From contig NC_068989.1 of the NCBI RefSeq assembly GCF_001194135.2, forward strand, positions 35,507,829 to 35,539,909: a stretch of 32,081 nt of DNA. The letters are read 5' to 3'. Below the pieces are notes generated by a model. The model was not told the DNA's origin, ran no database searches, and saw only the letters and a list, made by a program, of their open reading frames with translations. The position numbers and the translations under genes are program-made. The stretch comes from Octopus bimaculoides. Lineage: Eukaryota. Positions 20,105-31,184 of this stretch are shown here, in pieces; within the stretch, counting starts at the first letter, position 1, and each line of letters starts with the position of its first letter.

Positions 20105-20450
20105 GGACGGAGTGGTAGTGGTGTAGATTTAGCAGTTTGTAGTAGTAGTAGCTGCAGCAGCAGCACTATTAGTAGTAGTGGCAGCAGCAGTAGTAGTGGT
20201 GGTAGTTGAAGGTGGGTAGCAGCAGTAGTAGTAGTGGTAATGGTGGGGGGTAGCATCAGCAACATCAGCAGCAGTAGTAATAGTAGTAGTAGCAGCAGCA
20301 GCTATTGCAGTATTAGTAGTGGTACCAGTATTAATAGTAGCAGTAGTAGTGGTGGTGATGGTGGTGATGGTGGTGGTGGTGGTGGTTGGGGTAGCTCCAT
20401 CATCATCATCAGCAGCAGCAGTAATAGTTGTAGTAGTAATAGTAAGAGAA
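20105..20450. repeat. Compound (AGT/AGC/GGT/ATC)n microsatellite
   Basis: Visible trinucleotide runs; these produce the spurious poly-Ser, poly-Gly, poly-Thr and poly-Leu ORFs. Confidence 0.9.
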
Positions 20451-21147
20451 GAGTATTAGGACCCTATGATAAGGGCCAGGAATTTGGTTAGTGAGGGTAA
20501 ATTTTTACCTTTCAAGCAGGCAGCTACATTTTATTATAATTTTTTTAATATTTATGTAGCTTCGGCTGATGAGGGAGGAGAGGAGAGCATCTTTGACTGT
20601 TCCCCTGAGTCCCTAGCACTGATCGGAGATACAGGAGATGTTATTCTTTAGACAAGAGACCATGTCTGTTTGTTTGCTATAGAGTGGACTTCACTAATGG
20701 CACCCAAGGTAAACCAGGTGGAGGATGATGTCTACCATCCAGCAACAAGAACAGGCCATCTGACAAGCTTCCACACAGTTTTTGTCTACCAAATTTCTAT
20801 CACAAGGCTTTGGTCAACCCAAGACTATGATAGAACACATTTGCCAAAAATGCTGCATGTAGAGGATTGAACCTGAAGCCACATGATTGTGCAACACACT
20901 TCTTAACCATATAGACATGCTTGCACTCCATACTTTCCCAGATTTATAAGCAGCACTTTAAATGTGTAACACATTTGTGTTTCCTAGTTGTAGGTTGATT
21001 ACTGTCTTTTACTTTGCAGAAAGTGTTATTGGTTAACAATGAGGGTATTATTTAATTGTGACTCTGTCTCATGCTCTCCCCCTCTGTCTCTGTTTCCTTC
21101 CCAGTGTGTCTGAAGTTAGCAGGTTAAAGATTTTTTTTTTGTCCTGT

Positions 21148-21358
21148 TTAACCATTTTGATAACAAACCCTTGAGTTTGTGCCTGGTCCCATGATACAAG
21201 CCCCTGTTTTAAAGTTTCCATCAAAATTTATGTTAATTTATGTTCCAGACACCAGCTTAATAACAACAAAGTTATTTTAGTAAATTTTTCATTATTTTAA
21301 AAATTAATTGAATTAAAAGCATAGTCTTTCAGCAGAAATATGGTAACAAAGGAGTTAA
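21148..21358 (+). mobile_element. About 210-230 bp TTAA-bounded MITE (piggyBac-like ends)
   Basis: Starts TTAACCATTTTGATA and ends ACAAAGGAGTTAA. Shares internal blocks (CATCAAAATTT.ATGTT, AATTAATTGAA, TTTCA.CAGAAATATG) with the copies at about 4530-4755, 26261-26488 and 31185-31379. Confidence 0.65.
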
Positions 21359-21400
21359 TTCTAATTTCTTTTACTTTGTTTTTTTTCCTTTTCTTTTCAG

Positions 21401-21502
21401 AAACGCAGTGTCTATGATGTTCTCCCAACAGCTGCTTTGATATCAATGGCTTGTTGTGCATCTGGAAGCAACCGTGGTTATGATGAATTGGTACCACATC
21501 AT
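21401..21502 (+). CDS. AGL: Glycogen debranching enzyme, exon 7 in window ([34 protein letters not shown])
   Basis: TTCTTTTCAG| acceptor and |GTAAGT donor; 102 nt, phase 0/0. Matches [22 protein letters not shown]. Absent from the ORF track. Confidence 0.96.
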
Positions 21503-21611
21503 GTAAGTGTCACTATCTGACAATATGCAGGATAAATGTTTAATTGTTTTCATAGGTCACATTCACAATATTAATAATAATAATAATAATAATGAGCATA
21601 TTGTATGCAGT

Positions 21612-21880
21612 GAGGGCACATGGCCTAGTGGTTAGGGTGTTGTGGTCACAATCGTGAGATCATGGCTTCAATTCCTAGATTGGATGGTGCATTGTTTTCC
21701 TGAGCAAAACACTTCATCTCACGTTGCTCTGTGATCACTTTGACACCTGAAGCATGATACACTCTGCTCCTGTTCAGGTAATGTCGATTTGATGGAGGGA
21801 GTGAGCTAATGTACAGCACAAGCATTTGATCACTATAAACAAATCATTATGCAGGTCGTTTGGCAAAAACCTGAACATTC
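21612..21880 (+). mobile_element. tRNA-headed SINE, family S1
   Basis: A-box-like TGGCCTAGTGG and B-box-like CTTCAATTCC, followed by the GAGCAAAACACTTCATCTCAC body. Confidence 0.72.
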
Positions 21881-22294
21881 ATACATTGTCTTCAATGGGA
21901 GAGTCCATCATTGTCTGCTGTGCTCAGGTGCTCAACAACACATCTGCAAAGGTTTAATGAAGGGATAGAGAGCAGGCATATACACTTAGTCAAGAAAGAC
22001 AGCAATAAAAGCTAAGAAGTACATATATAGTACACTGAATAAGAAACAAAAAATAGAGAAAAGTGAACATTAAAAAAATCATAAGGAATAAGGGTGCATA
22101 GGCACATCAGGAGTAGTGTTGTCCTATTTCAGGAAGCATGGAGGTTTTGAAAGATGCAGTTTTCTGATAGCTAACAACTGATACAGGTAATTTAACCCTT
22201 TAGCATTTAAACTGGCCATTTCCAGCCCAATCACTAAGTTACTTGGATGTAAACACACCAGCACCGTCAAGCAGCGGTTTGGGACACAGGCACA

Positions 22295-22460
22295 AACAAC
22301 ACACACACACACACATACATACATACATACATACATATATACATACATACATACATACACACACACACATACACACAAGCAAACATACATACATACATAC
22401 ATACAGACAGTCAGACAGACAGACATACACACAAGCAAACATACATACATACATACATAT
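22295..22460. repeat. Compound (CA)n/(CATA)n/(CAGA)n microsatellite inside an S2 SINE
   Basis: Visible di- and tetranucleotide runs between S2 segments. Confidence 0.9.
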
Positions 22461-22799
22461 GATGAGCCTCCTTCAGTTTCCATCTACCAACTCCACTCAA
22501 AAGGTTTTTTCCCAAGGTCCCATGAAGTGGGACTGAATCCTGAACCTTTATTTTATGAAATTGACAATAAAGGCCTTACATAGAGGGGACAGCACAAGGT
22601 GGGGACAAAAGAAAACAGCAAAAAAAACGAATGAAAGGAATAAATTTATATAATGAAAGATGAAATGAAGCTGTTCGGCTTCACCTCCAAGCGACTTCAT
22701 TGAACCTGTAGCAACACCATATACATTACTCTTTCCAACACTATTTGAATTACCATTTGCAACCAACTTTAGAACACAATTATTTGCAATTATCATTAA

Positions 22800-24160
22800 C
22801 AACAGTTATTCCACATCTTTTTTTAAAATGTCTATATTATATTTCTTTAAAATGTCGACGTACCTTATTCTTTTCAGCATTTTGCTGGTGTCAATTTTTT
22901 TCTTCCACCACTCGCAGTCACAATATTCCATATACTTATGCAACTTCCACAGGTTCTCCGGGTCTGTTAGCACATAATAATTGTTCTCGGGCAGACTCCT
23001 TACACCTGCTACATCCACCTTGACTACTCTGTCCCACGAATTTACCTCATTATCCAGTTCCTCATCTTGTCCATTGTACGTCAATACATATTTTTCCTTA
23101 CAAGGTTGGGGTGGGTAAATTTGAGGCTCCTGTGTGTTTGCAATTGTTTTTTTGTCAGAATGGGCATGGGGAGGGTTGGTGTATGTGGGGAGTGGTTGGG
23201 ATAGAGTGGGTGTGGGTGGGGGTCCGGATGGGTGCAGGTTGGGGGCTCATTCTTTACCACATATGTCCTCTTCTTTTTCTTTTCCTCTCTGCTGTCTCCC
23301 AGCTGTCGTTTATCTCTTCTTCAATGCTGGTGCTTGTCTTCCTTGGTAGTATCATGTTTTTTTCCTCCATGGGCTATGGAGCACCCACCACTTTTTCACT
23401 CTCCTCAGCCTTTTCTCGTGGTAGAGGGCACTCCGCTCTAATGTGCCCTTCTGGTGGCCTGCAGGACCACCACCTTCTCTTCCATGTCTAGCAGTATGGC
23501 AGCCACCAGCCAGACCACATTCACTTCTGATGGTATGTTTTCCACCCGAACCCTGGAAGTACGCCTCCCAAGGTACACAGGTAGACGCACCACCTCGTCT
23601 GTCTTCAGTGGTATGGCCGAGTACAGTCTGGCAGTTGCTATCTCCTTAAACTGCACCTCCACTATTCCGTATTTTTGTCCCCTGGCAAGGTATGATATCT
23701 CCTGCCAACCTGACCTCAGTGCCTTTTCCACCTGTGCCTCCGACACCACTTCTATTTTCCTTGTTGCTGTGGTGTAGGTTCTATAGACAATCATCCTTCC
23801 TACCTTGTCCTTTAATACCTTGTGGGGGTGGGGGAACACCTTCACATCATTCCCCTCCCTTTCAAGCATTCCCTTGATCTCGCTCAACTCTTCCAGATTC
23901 ACTTCTTCAATTTTTTTCTCTAGCCACCGCTGCATAATTCCTCTTTTCCATCTCTTTGTCTTTCTTGTTTAAGTATTCAACTAATTCCTCCTCAGATGAA
24001 TCACATTCTAGCGAAGAATACTTTAACTTCTCCCAACTTCTTGCTCGACGCCCCTCCATTACACAAGAAGAAAAACGTTGCTCTGCCAAGACAGCCAAAA
24101 ATCACGTGTGTACCAAACAAATCCAACAATGCAGCTGAACAATCATAAACTGGAAGCAAG
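22800..24160 (-). mobile_element. Decayed ORF1 (gag-like) and 5' region of an L1/Tx1-like LINE
   Basis: ATG at 24059, then frameshifted pieces MEGRRARSWEK..., EISYLARGQKYGIVEVQF...RVRVENIP (RRM-like), GHIRAECP (zinc-knuckle tail, other frame near 23450), and a basic/acidic C-terminus. The clade is inferred. Confidence 0.55.
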
Positions 24161-24164
24161 CTTC

Positions 24165-24600
24165 TTACCATGCAGCCATGCCTATGCTTGTTGTGTATAT
24201 TTGCTTATTACCTCTTGTCTTTTGGGGTTTTTTTTAATCATTGAACTGCAGCCATGCTAGGGTATCATATTAAAGAGGTTACTCAAGCAAATTGATGCCA
24301 GTACTTACTTTTTAAAGTCTGGTATTTATTTTATCAGTGTCTTATGCTGTACTGTAAAGTTATGGGGATGTAAACAAACCAACACCAGTTGTCAGGCTGT
24401 GTTTAGGGTACAAACACTAAGACACATGTTTATATCATGAGCTTCGACCCAAGAGTCCATCTACAAGTTCTTTCACAAGGCATTGGTCAGCTTGAGGCTA
24501 TAGTAGAAGACACTTGCCCAAAGAACTGCACAGTAGGATTGAACCTGAATCCACATGGTTGTAAAGAGAGCTTCTTCACCACACAGCCATGCCTGCGCCT
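24165..24600 (-). mobile_element. SINE family S2
   Basis: Reverse-complement head near 24540-24595 and tail-related sequence near 24250-24420. Confidence 0.6.
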
Positions 24601-24639
24601 ATACACACAGCCATGTCTCAGAGGCATGAGGTTATCCAG

Positions 24640-24945
24640 ATTGCAATACTGTGTCTGAAAAAAGTCAAAATGTAATGGGAGACAAAGTGTATATGGATGG
24701 ATAATGGTACACTTGCAAATAATGATTCTGAGAAGGAAGAGGTACAGAAGTGCTACTATGAAAGGCTACTAAACATGGAAAATGCGTGGGAGAAAGAGAG
24801 CCTTCCAAATGTGAATCTGACAGAGAGACCAGTCATTCTAGTTGACAGCAATATGATAAAGCAAGGATATGAAGACAGGGAAAGTTCCTGGTCCATCAGA
24901 AATTACCACAAAGACGCTTTAAATATGGGGCAGTCACAAAAGTAA
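24640..24945 (+). mobile_element. Diverged internal RTE LINE fragment (EN-RT linker)
   Basis: MDNGTLANNDSEKEEVQKCYYERLLNMENAWEKESLPNV parallels MDDGALAFSDSAKKEAWKYHYERLLNIENKWVEEESLPNV at 13958-14158. Confidence 0.82.
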
Positions 24946-24989
24946 ACATAAGAGCCTAATACAATCTTCTGGTTTCTCTGATCCTGTCT

Positions 24990-25510
24990 AACTGTCCTAC
25001 GCATGGCAGCATGCAGTCTGGATTGTACACAGAGTGACGAAACCATTCTACACACTTCATTCGGTGTCTGGGCATTGCTGACTTGTGGGGTTATGCTAAA
25101 CAGCTGCTGTCATGTGTAGGACGGATATATCTGTTGGCTGAGTCTGTAGTAATGATCGTGCCACCGCTCTCCTTCAATTGAGCAGGCAAGGCAGTTTTCC
25201 TTTGCTTGGTGGCTATAGTGAAAGTGGTTGTTTGGTGGACAAGACTGAAAAGCATAAGGACAGATATATTCCTCTTTGGTAGAGCTCTCATTGACTTCTT
25301 CAAGTTTCACTTGAAAAGGAAATTGAGAGTGAAGAGGGAAGTGCTGTCCTCAAGTGAGTTTATTGAGAGGTGGGTGAAAGTTGTGAAAATGGCACGAGTG
25401 GATGGTACCTCTCTAAGTGTAGACCTGTGAATTGGAGAGAAGGAACTGGAGAGGGTACTTGCTTCTGGGGTTTCAGGGAAATCTCAGACAGTGGGGTTCC
25501 TCAATTATCC
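24990..25510 (+). mobile_element. ORF2 C-terminus and 3' UTR of an L1/Tx1-like LINE
   Basis: Frameshifted C..C...SDETILH.FIRC (CCHC-like), then DLWGYAKQLL...AVFLCLVAIVKVVVWWTRLK...FFKFHLKRKLRVKRE...FIERW, with stop at 25428-25430. Confidence 0.65.
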
Positions 25511-25891
25511 CTAGAGGTTAAGGTGTTGCAGTCATGATCATAAGATTGTGGCTTCGTTTCTTGTACCAAGTGGGATATTGTGTTCTTGAGCAAAACCATT
25601 CATTTCCCATTTCTCCAGTCCTCTCCACTGTATAGGAGTTCCATCAACAGACCAGTGTCCCATTCAGAAGGGATGTAAGTTTGTAATCTCAATCACTTAA
25701 TTTCCATGGATTATTATGAGGTTATTTTGAGTCCTAAGACTCATGATAGGCGTAAATACTATGAAGGAATGAAAGTCAAATTGAACTATGAACAGATTTG
25801 GAACAAAATCTCACAAAGCATTGCCCTTTTATTAATTACCTTCTGTCATTTATATTCATAACATTTAAAATTTTATTTTATTTTTTTGTAG

Positions 25892-26041
25892 ATTCATGTG
25901 GTGAATGAAAACCGTTTGTATTCAAACTTTTCTGCTCGTAGTACTGATACATCTACATGCGGTCTGAGCTCTGGAATTATTCTTGGTAAAAAGGTTTTGA
26001 ATCAACTTCATTATCTTATGGCCTGTAATGGCTACTCTCAG
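25892..26041 (+). CDS. AGL: Glycogen debranching enzyme, exon 8 in window (IHVVNENRLYSNFSARSTDTSTCGLSSGIILGKKVLNQLHYLMACNGYSQ), GC donor
   Basis: TTTTTGTAG| acceptor; 150 nt open frame, phase 0. Resembles AGL ISVVSEERFY...SGII...KLHQELGAKGFIQ. Ends CAG|GCAAGT. Confidence 0.9.
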
Positions 26042-26260
26042 GCAAGTCTTTCTGAATTCTTTTGCTTTTTTTTATGAATACATATTAAATGTGCATGCTT
26101 AATTGCAAAATGACAATATTACACATGTATTATAGGATATTTATTGGGAGAGAAAGGCATTTTAAGTTTTTAACTTCTCATTCAATCTTAATCATATTAT
26201 CTAATCAAGAAAATCTATTTACTTTGAATAAATATTTGTAGGAAGTATGGCTGTGAGAAG

Positions 26261-26488
26261 TTAACCCTTTTGATACCAACCCTCCCAAGATCAGCCCAAT
26301 TCTTTGATACAAACTTCCTGTTTTAATGTGATCAAAATTAATACCTTTCATCAAAATTTCATGTTGATTTATGTTCCAAACACCAGCTTATAAATGGCAA
26401 ATTATTTTGCTAAATTTCTTATTATTTTCAAAATTAATTGAAACAGAGGTACTATATTTCAACAGAAATATGATGACAAACAGTTTAA
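26261..26488 (+). mobile_element. TTAA-bounded MITE, same family as 21148-21358
   Basis: TTAACCCTTTTGATACC ... GACAAACAGTTTAA, with the same internal blocks. Confidence 0.65.
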
Positions 26489-27850
26489 GGTGATTCACTT
26501 CTCACTGCATGATGAGGGAGTTGTGCTCCTAGGTGATAGATGTTCCTAGTCATATTTCATAGATGATTGATAATTAATCTTAGGAAAACTAGTCAGCTTT
26601 TATAAAATGTTTGTTCTTCCTACTTTGACAGCATAGAAATATCAATGTAAACAAATTGAAAACCAAAGAGTTAACAGATCTAGCTATTTTTGTTACTCAC
26701 AGAATTCCAAATTAAAAGATACACTCACTGTCAAGCTGAAGGGAAGGCTGTGTTTTGTCATTCAGTCCTCTAGAAATAGCAGCTAAAATTCCCTCATATC
26801 ACCTTCTATTTTGGAAAAGATCATAGAAAGATTATACTTGAATAAAGATGGGAATGGAATACAGCTGGAATCTATTTGGGTAAAGGTCTGCCTGATGAAA
26901 ACAAGCAAAAACAATAACAAATAAGAAATATACTTGATTGATATCCCTTCAAAGATTATACAATATACATAATGCTGATTGTCTTTTCTGTCTTGAAGGT
27001 CATTTTGTTTCTCATTGGTGCTATTTCTATGGATATATTTACAATCTGCCTTGTTGATTCAAAAATGATAAATCTTTTAGTCATTCCTACATTGTATCTG
27101 TAATAAGAAACAAATCAACTAATTACAGGATCTTCTACGGTTGCCCAATCTTGAATGATTAACAACTGTTTTGTTACCTTGAGTTGATCTGTTTAGTTGA
27201 TTCTGAAGACCAAGGAATTTGATTTTTTATGTGCATTCTGATTTTGATTTTGGAATTTATAGAATGACTGGTATCAACAGTTGTCACAAGCATAAGGTTG
27301 CTTGCTCTTAGCTCTCAAGAAAAGACTAAGTAGAATGATATGACTTAAACAGTAGTTCATCTCCTTCTTTAGCATGGCTGTCGGTATTTAATTAAATAAA
27401 AGCAACCCTATAAGTTTGCTTTATTAGTCCTGACTGTTCACAATTGTAGTAAGACAGAAGTTGTTATTATTGTGATAATAGTCAAGCATATCGTTCCTTA
27501 TCTGTTACAAAAATTGACTAAGGTAAATATGCTGTAAAGTAATTCTTACTTTAGTTCAAAGCTAGCAATTTTGAGTTAAGAGGTAAAGTAGTTACATAGA
27601 CCTCAATATTTGACATATTTATTTTGTCAACACTGAAAAGATTAAAAGCAAAGCCGACATCAGTGATATTTGAACTCATGATGTAAAGAACTAAAAGAAA
27701 TGTTAAGCATTTTGTCCAATACATTAACAAGTCTGCCAGCTAGCTACTTTTATACTGTGAAATAATGGTTTCAAATTTTGGCACAAGGCCAGCAATTTCA
27801 GGGAGGGAGTAAACCAATTACATTGCCTCCAGTGCTCAACTGGTACTTAT

Positions 27851-30300
27851 TGTTGTAGGGAATTAATAATAATGGCACACCCATCCCACATGACAAATGG
27901 AATGAGCCAGTTACTATAAGTAAGGTGTTGTTGGCTGGTATTGAGAGTATGTAGAGTACATGTAGACTGTGTTGATAGTGATGTCTATGCTGATATAGTA
28001 AATATACTGTGATACTGAGTGGACGTTATAGCAATCCAACCTTTTGAGGATAATAACACTGTACAACCAGGGGTCATATAGTGCCAGATAGAAATATTCT
28101 ATTGACGACTTCAGAGTATAACAATATCTGTCAGAGCGATAACCATTGTACAAAGACAGATATGACAGTGACAAAAGACCACTTTATAATAGTGGTGATG
28201 AGGATAAGCCAATTCACATGGAGTTAATAGAAACTTAAAGAGGAGTTAATAAACTCACAAAGTTGGTGTACGAATTTTACGAAAAATCATAAAAGTATGG
28301 AAAATTTATTGGTGGGTTTGCTTGAGTTGCAAAAACAGCAACAACAACAACAACAGGTACAACTGCAAGAACAACAACAGAAGCAACAAGAACAACAAAT
28401 AATATTACAGCAACAAATGCTGCAATTACTGAAGTCATCAGGAAAGCCAGAAAAAGTGTTCTTTGCCAGACTATGTTGCAAATTCAATAACTGAATTCAA
28501 ATACAAACTTGACGAAGGAGTTACCTTCAGAGCATACTACAGAAGATATGAGCAAATCTTCGAGAAAGAAAGTAAAGATTGGGATGAGGAGTTGAAAACT
28601 CACTTAATCTTGAGAAAACTGGTGCCAACAAAACATGAGCGATACAGTAATTTTGTACTCCCAAGAAAACCATCTGCTGTAAAGTTTAAAATTTTCAGTG
28701 AAAAATGCTCCTTGTTCAACACACGGTGGAAGTGTCTGAACACAGAGAAAAAGTGTAATGAGGACTACATCACATATGTTGGAAGAATAAACAAGGAATG
28801 TGAGAAGTTTAAGCTGGATGAATTAACTCCAGATATGTTCAAATGCCTAATTTTTACACAGGGACTAACTGCCAAAAAAGATGCAGAAGTCAGAACTAGA
28901 ATTCTTGCAAAGCTGGAGCAAAGCCAGGATGTAACCCTGCAAAAAGTGTTTGAAAAATGTGAAAGGATACTCAAATTAAGACATGACACAGAGGAAATTG
29001 AATGCAAAGATTGTTTCCAAGTAAAACCAATGTGGAAGAATCTGAATAGAGATAAAGTGTTTTCTAAAAAACATGACAAACATTAGGATATAAACCCATG
29101 TTTTGCATGTGGTAGTATGCACCTGAGGAAAAATTGTCCATTAAAAAAATGGAGTGTTTGCATTGTGGAAATATGGGACATATTAAAATGTACTGTAGAA
29201 CAAAAATGACAAAACATCAGAACAATGGGAAAAAAATAAATAGTTTTTCATTAAAAAAAATGGGTAATACAAATGAACAGAAAATTCATACATGTGAAAA
29301 TTAAAAATACAAGTGTAAAATTGAAGTTTGACACAGGTAGTGACATGACTATAAACGCAAAGCATGGAAACATATTGGTAAGCTGAAATTAATTAAATTT
29401 AAAAAGGTAGACATGGTGTTACAGGGAAAAGATTATATTTTATCGGTGAATGTCTATGTAACATAAGTCAAAACAAAAACAGCTAAGATATATGTATTAA
29501 AACATTCACTTAATTTATTTGGCACAGAGTGAATAGAATTATTCAATTTCTGGAATAAGCCCATAAGTGTTTTGTGTAGAAATATAGTCACCTCAGTCGA
29601 AGGTTCAAATGCAGCTGAGGGGCTAAAACAAAAAATCACAGTAAAATAAAGTGGAACACATATATTTAAATCAAAATGAAATGTACTATTCGTGAAAAAA
29701 TTTTCCAACCTAGGAAAAAAGTAGATGTTCTATGGTCAAGACTACACATCAGTTTTGCTGGTACTTTCAACGGTCTATACTACTTAGTGGTAGTTGATAG
29801 TTTTTCAAAATGGCCTGAAATTTAAAAGTGTAAAAAACCAACCTCCTCAACTGTGATAAATTTGTTACATGAATTGTTTGCAAGATTAGGCATCCCAGTC
29901 AAGATAGTGTCCGACAATGGAACACAATTTGTGTCTAGCGAATTTTAAAGATTTTGTGAAATGTTTGTGGTAGAACATATCACTACAGTGCCATACTATT
30001 CCAGATCTAATGAACAGGCAGAATGCTTTGTTGATACCTTCAAAAGAACTTTAAGGAAAGCATGGATGAGGTAGCTCTTCAACAATTTTTCTCCAGTCAT
30101 GGTTTATATTGTGTATAGAGAAAGGGAGGGAGATTGTAAGAAAAATACTGTGACAGTTAACATAAGAGGTGCAAGATGACTATACATACTAGACTTGGTG
30201 GCCGGCAATGAGTAAAGGAATGTCACACGCACATTTATAGTGAGAGAAAAAGGGAATAAATGACCAAGTAGTTATAGGAGGAGTTATAAAAATAAGAAGT
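27851..30300 (+). mobile_element. Ty3/gypsy LTR retrotransposon remnant: gag, protease and integrase, with RT/RNase H deleted
   Basis: gag from ATG 28297 (frameshifted), two CCHC knuckles (CFACGSMHLRKNC; CLHCGNMGHIKMYC, about 29098-29195), protease FDTGS (DTG at 29330), integrase WSRLHI.FAG...VVDSFSKWPE...IVSDNGTQF...SNEQAECFVDTFK (about 29726-30060). PBS-like TGGTGT at 28264 and a polypurine tract at 30117-30133. Confidence 0.88.
28315..28420 (+). repeat. CAA/CAG poly-glutamine tract at the gag N-terminus
   Basis: Translates as LQKQQQQQQQVQLQEQQQKQQEQQIILQQQ in frame with ATG 28297. Confidence 0.85.
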
Positions 30301-30604
30301 TTGTTTTATTTAATTTTATTTTATTTTTCATTTGAAAATTAGTATTTGTTTCATCATTTTCTATAAGCAACAAGAAATTTTACAAAAGTTAAATAAAAAT
30401 TATTGTGTGTGTGCGCCATATTTTCTGATATAATTCATTTTGACAAAAGTGTTCTTCCAAAGTTACCCAATATATGATGGGTAACACTAGTCCTCAGGAA
30501 TATTTCAATCAAAATTTGCAATGATTTTCATTCCATGCTTGCATGGAGCAGAGATATTAAATGATGATGATATCATTATCAATATTAGTGTTGGTATTAT
30601 GTTA

Positions 30605-31163
30605 TGAGGGGGTGCTGAAAAGTTCCAGCTTTGCATAAAAGAAAATACAGGAGGGTCAGTTAATTATGATTTTATTCAGGGTGAAGATCCCCTTTGATCA
30701 TGAATGACCATGAGATGCACCCAGAAAGTTCACCTGTGGGGTACAAGTCTGGGCAAGGTTGTTTATGGAAGACTATCAGTTGCCCATGCATACCACTGAT
30801 GTTATCCAAGGAAAGGGCAAAGGCTGACACAGCTTGGCACCAGTGACCTCACAACTCATTTCTACAGCTGGGTGAACTGGAGCAAAGTGAAATAAAGGGT
30901 CTTGCTGAAGAACACAACACACAACCAGGTCTGGGAGTCAAACTCACTACCTCATGATTGTGAGCCAGATGCTCTAACCACTAAGCCATGTGCCTTCATG
31001 ATTTTATTCAACAATGATGACATTTACTCCCCTCTCAGATTCACACACTTATTGCAGTGGTCCTTCAGTTTTTCTAAGCCCTGTAAAAGAACTCAGAAGG
31101 TTGGGCCTCCAACCAGGCCTTATGTGACAGCCTTAAAGTCATGAACTTTTCAGCACCTCCTCA
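30605..31163. mobile_element. Non-autonomous mariner-type element (MITE) with a nested SINE
   Basis: TIRs TGAGGGGGTGCTGAAAAGTTC (30605-30625) and GAACTTTTCAGCACCTCCTCA (31143-31163), 20/21 complementary, with TA on both sides (30603-30604, 31164-31165). A minus-strand tRNA-headed SINE occupies about 30680-30995. Confidence 0.85.
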
Positions 31164-31184
31164 TAAGTTAGTGAATGTTGATCA

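Noticed and set aside
20074-20491. Ser/Gly-rich and Thr/Leu-rich ORFs
   Set aside because: These are translations of a compound trinucleotide microsatellite.
20566-20610. CTGATGAG as a hammerhead core
   Set aside because: There is no stem II partner or downstream GAAA at a usable distance.
22124-22240. MASLNAKGLN on the minus strand resembling an APE endonuclease N-terminus downstream of the L1/Tx1 ORF1
   Set aside because: It is the reverse complement of a TTAACCCTTTAGCATTTAAAC repeat end at 22192, no further endonuclease motifs follow, and SINE and microsatellite sequence separates it from ORF1.
26990-27120. Candidate next AGL exon after TTGAAG|GTC
   Set aside because: The translation (VILFLIGAISMDIF...) does not resemble the expected VYVDQ-type continuation and hits a stop. 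The next exon is probably beyond 32081.
28463-29086. Host protein-coding gene (207 aa)
   Set aside because: It is a frameshifted gag segment continuous with knuckle, protease and integrase remnants.
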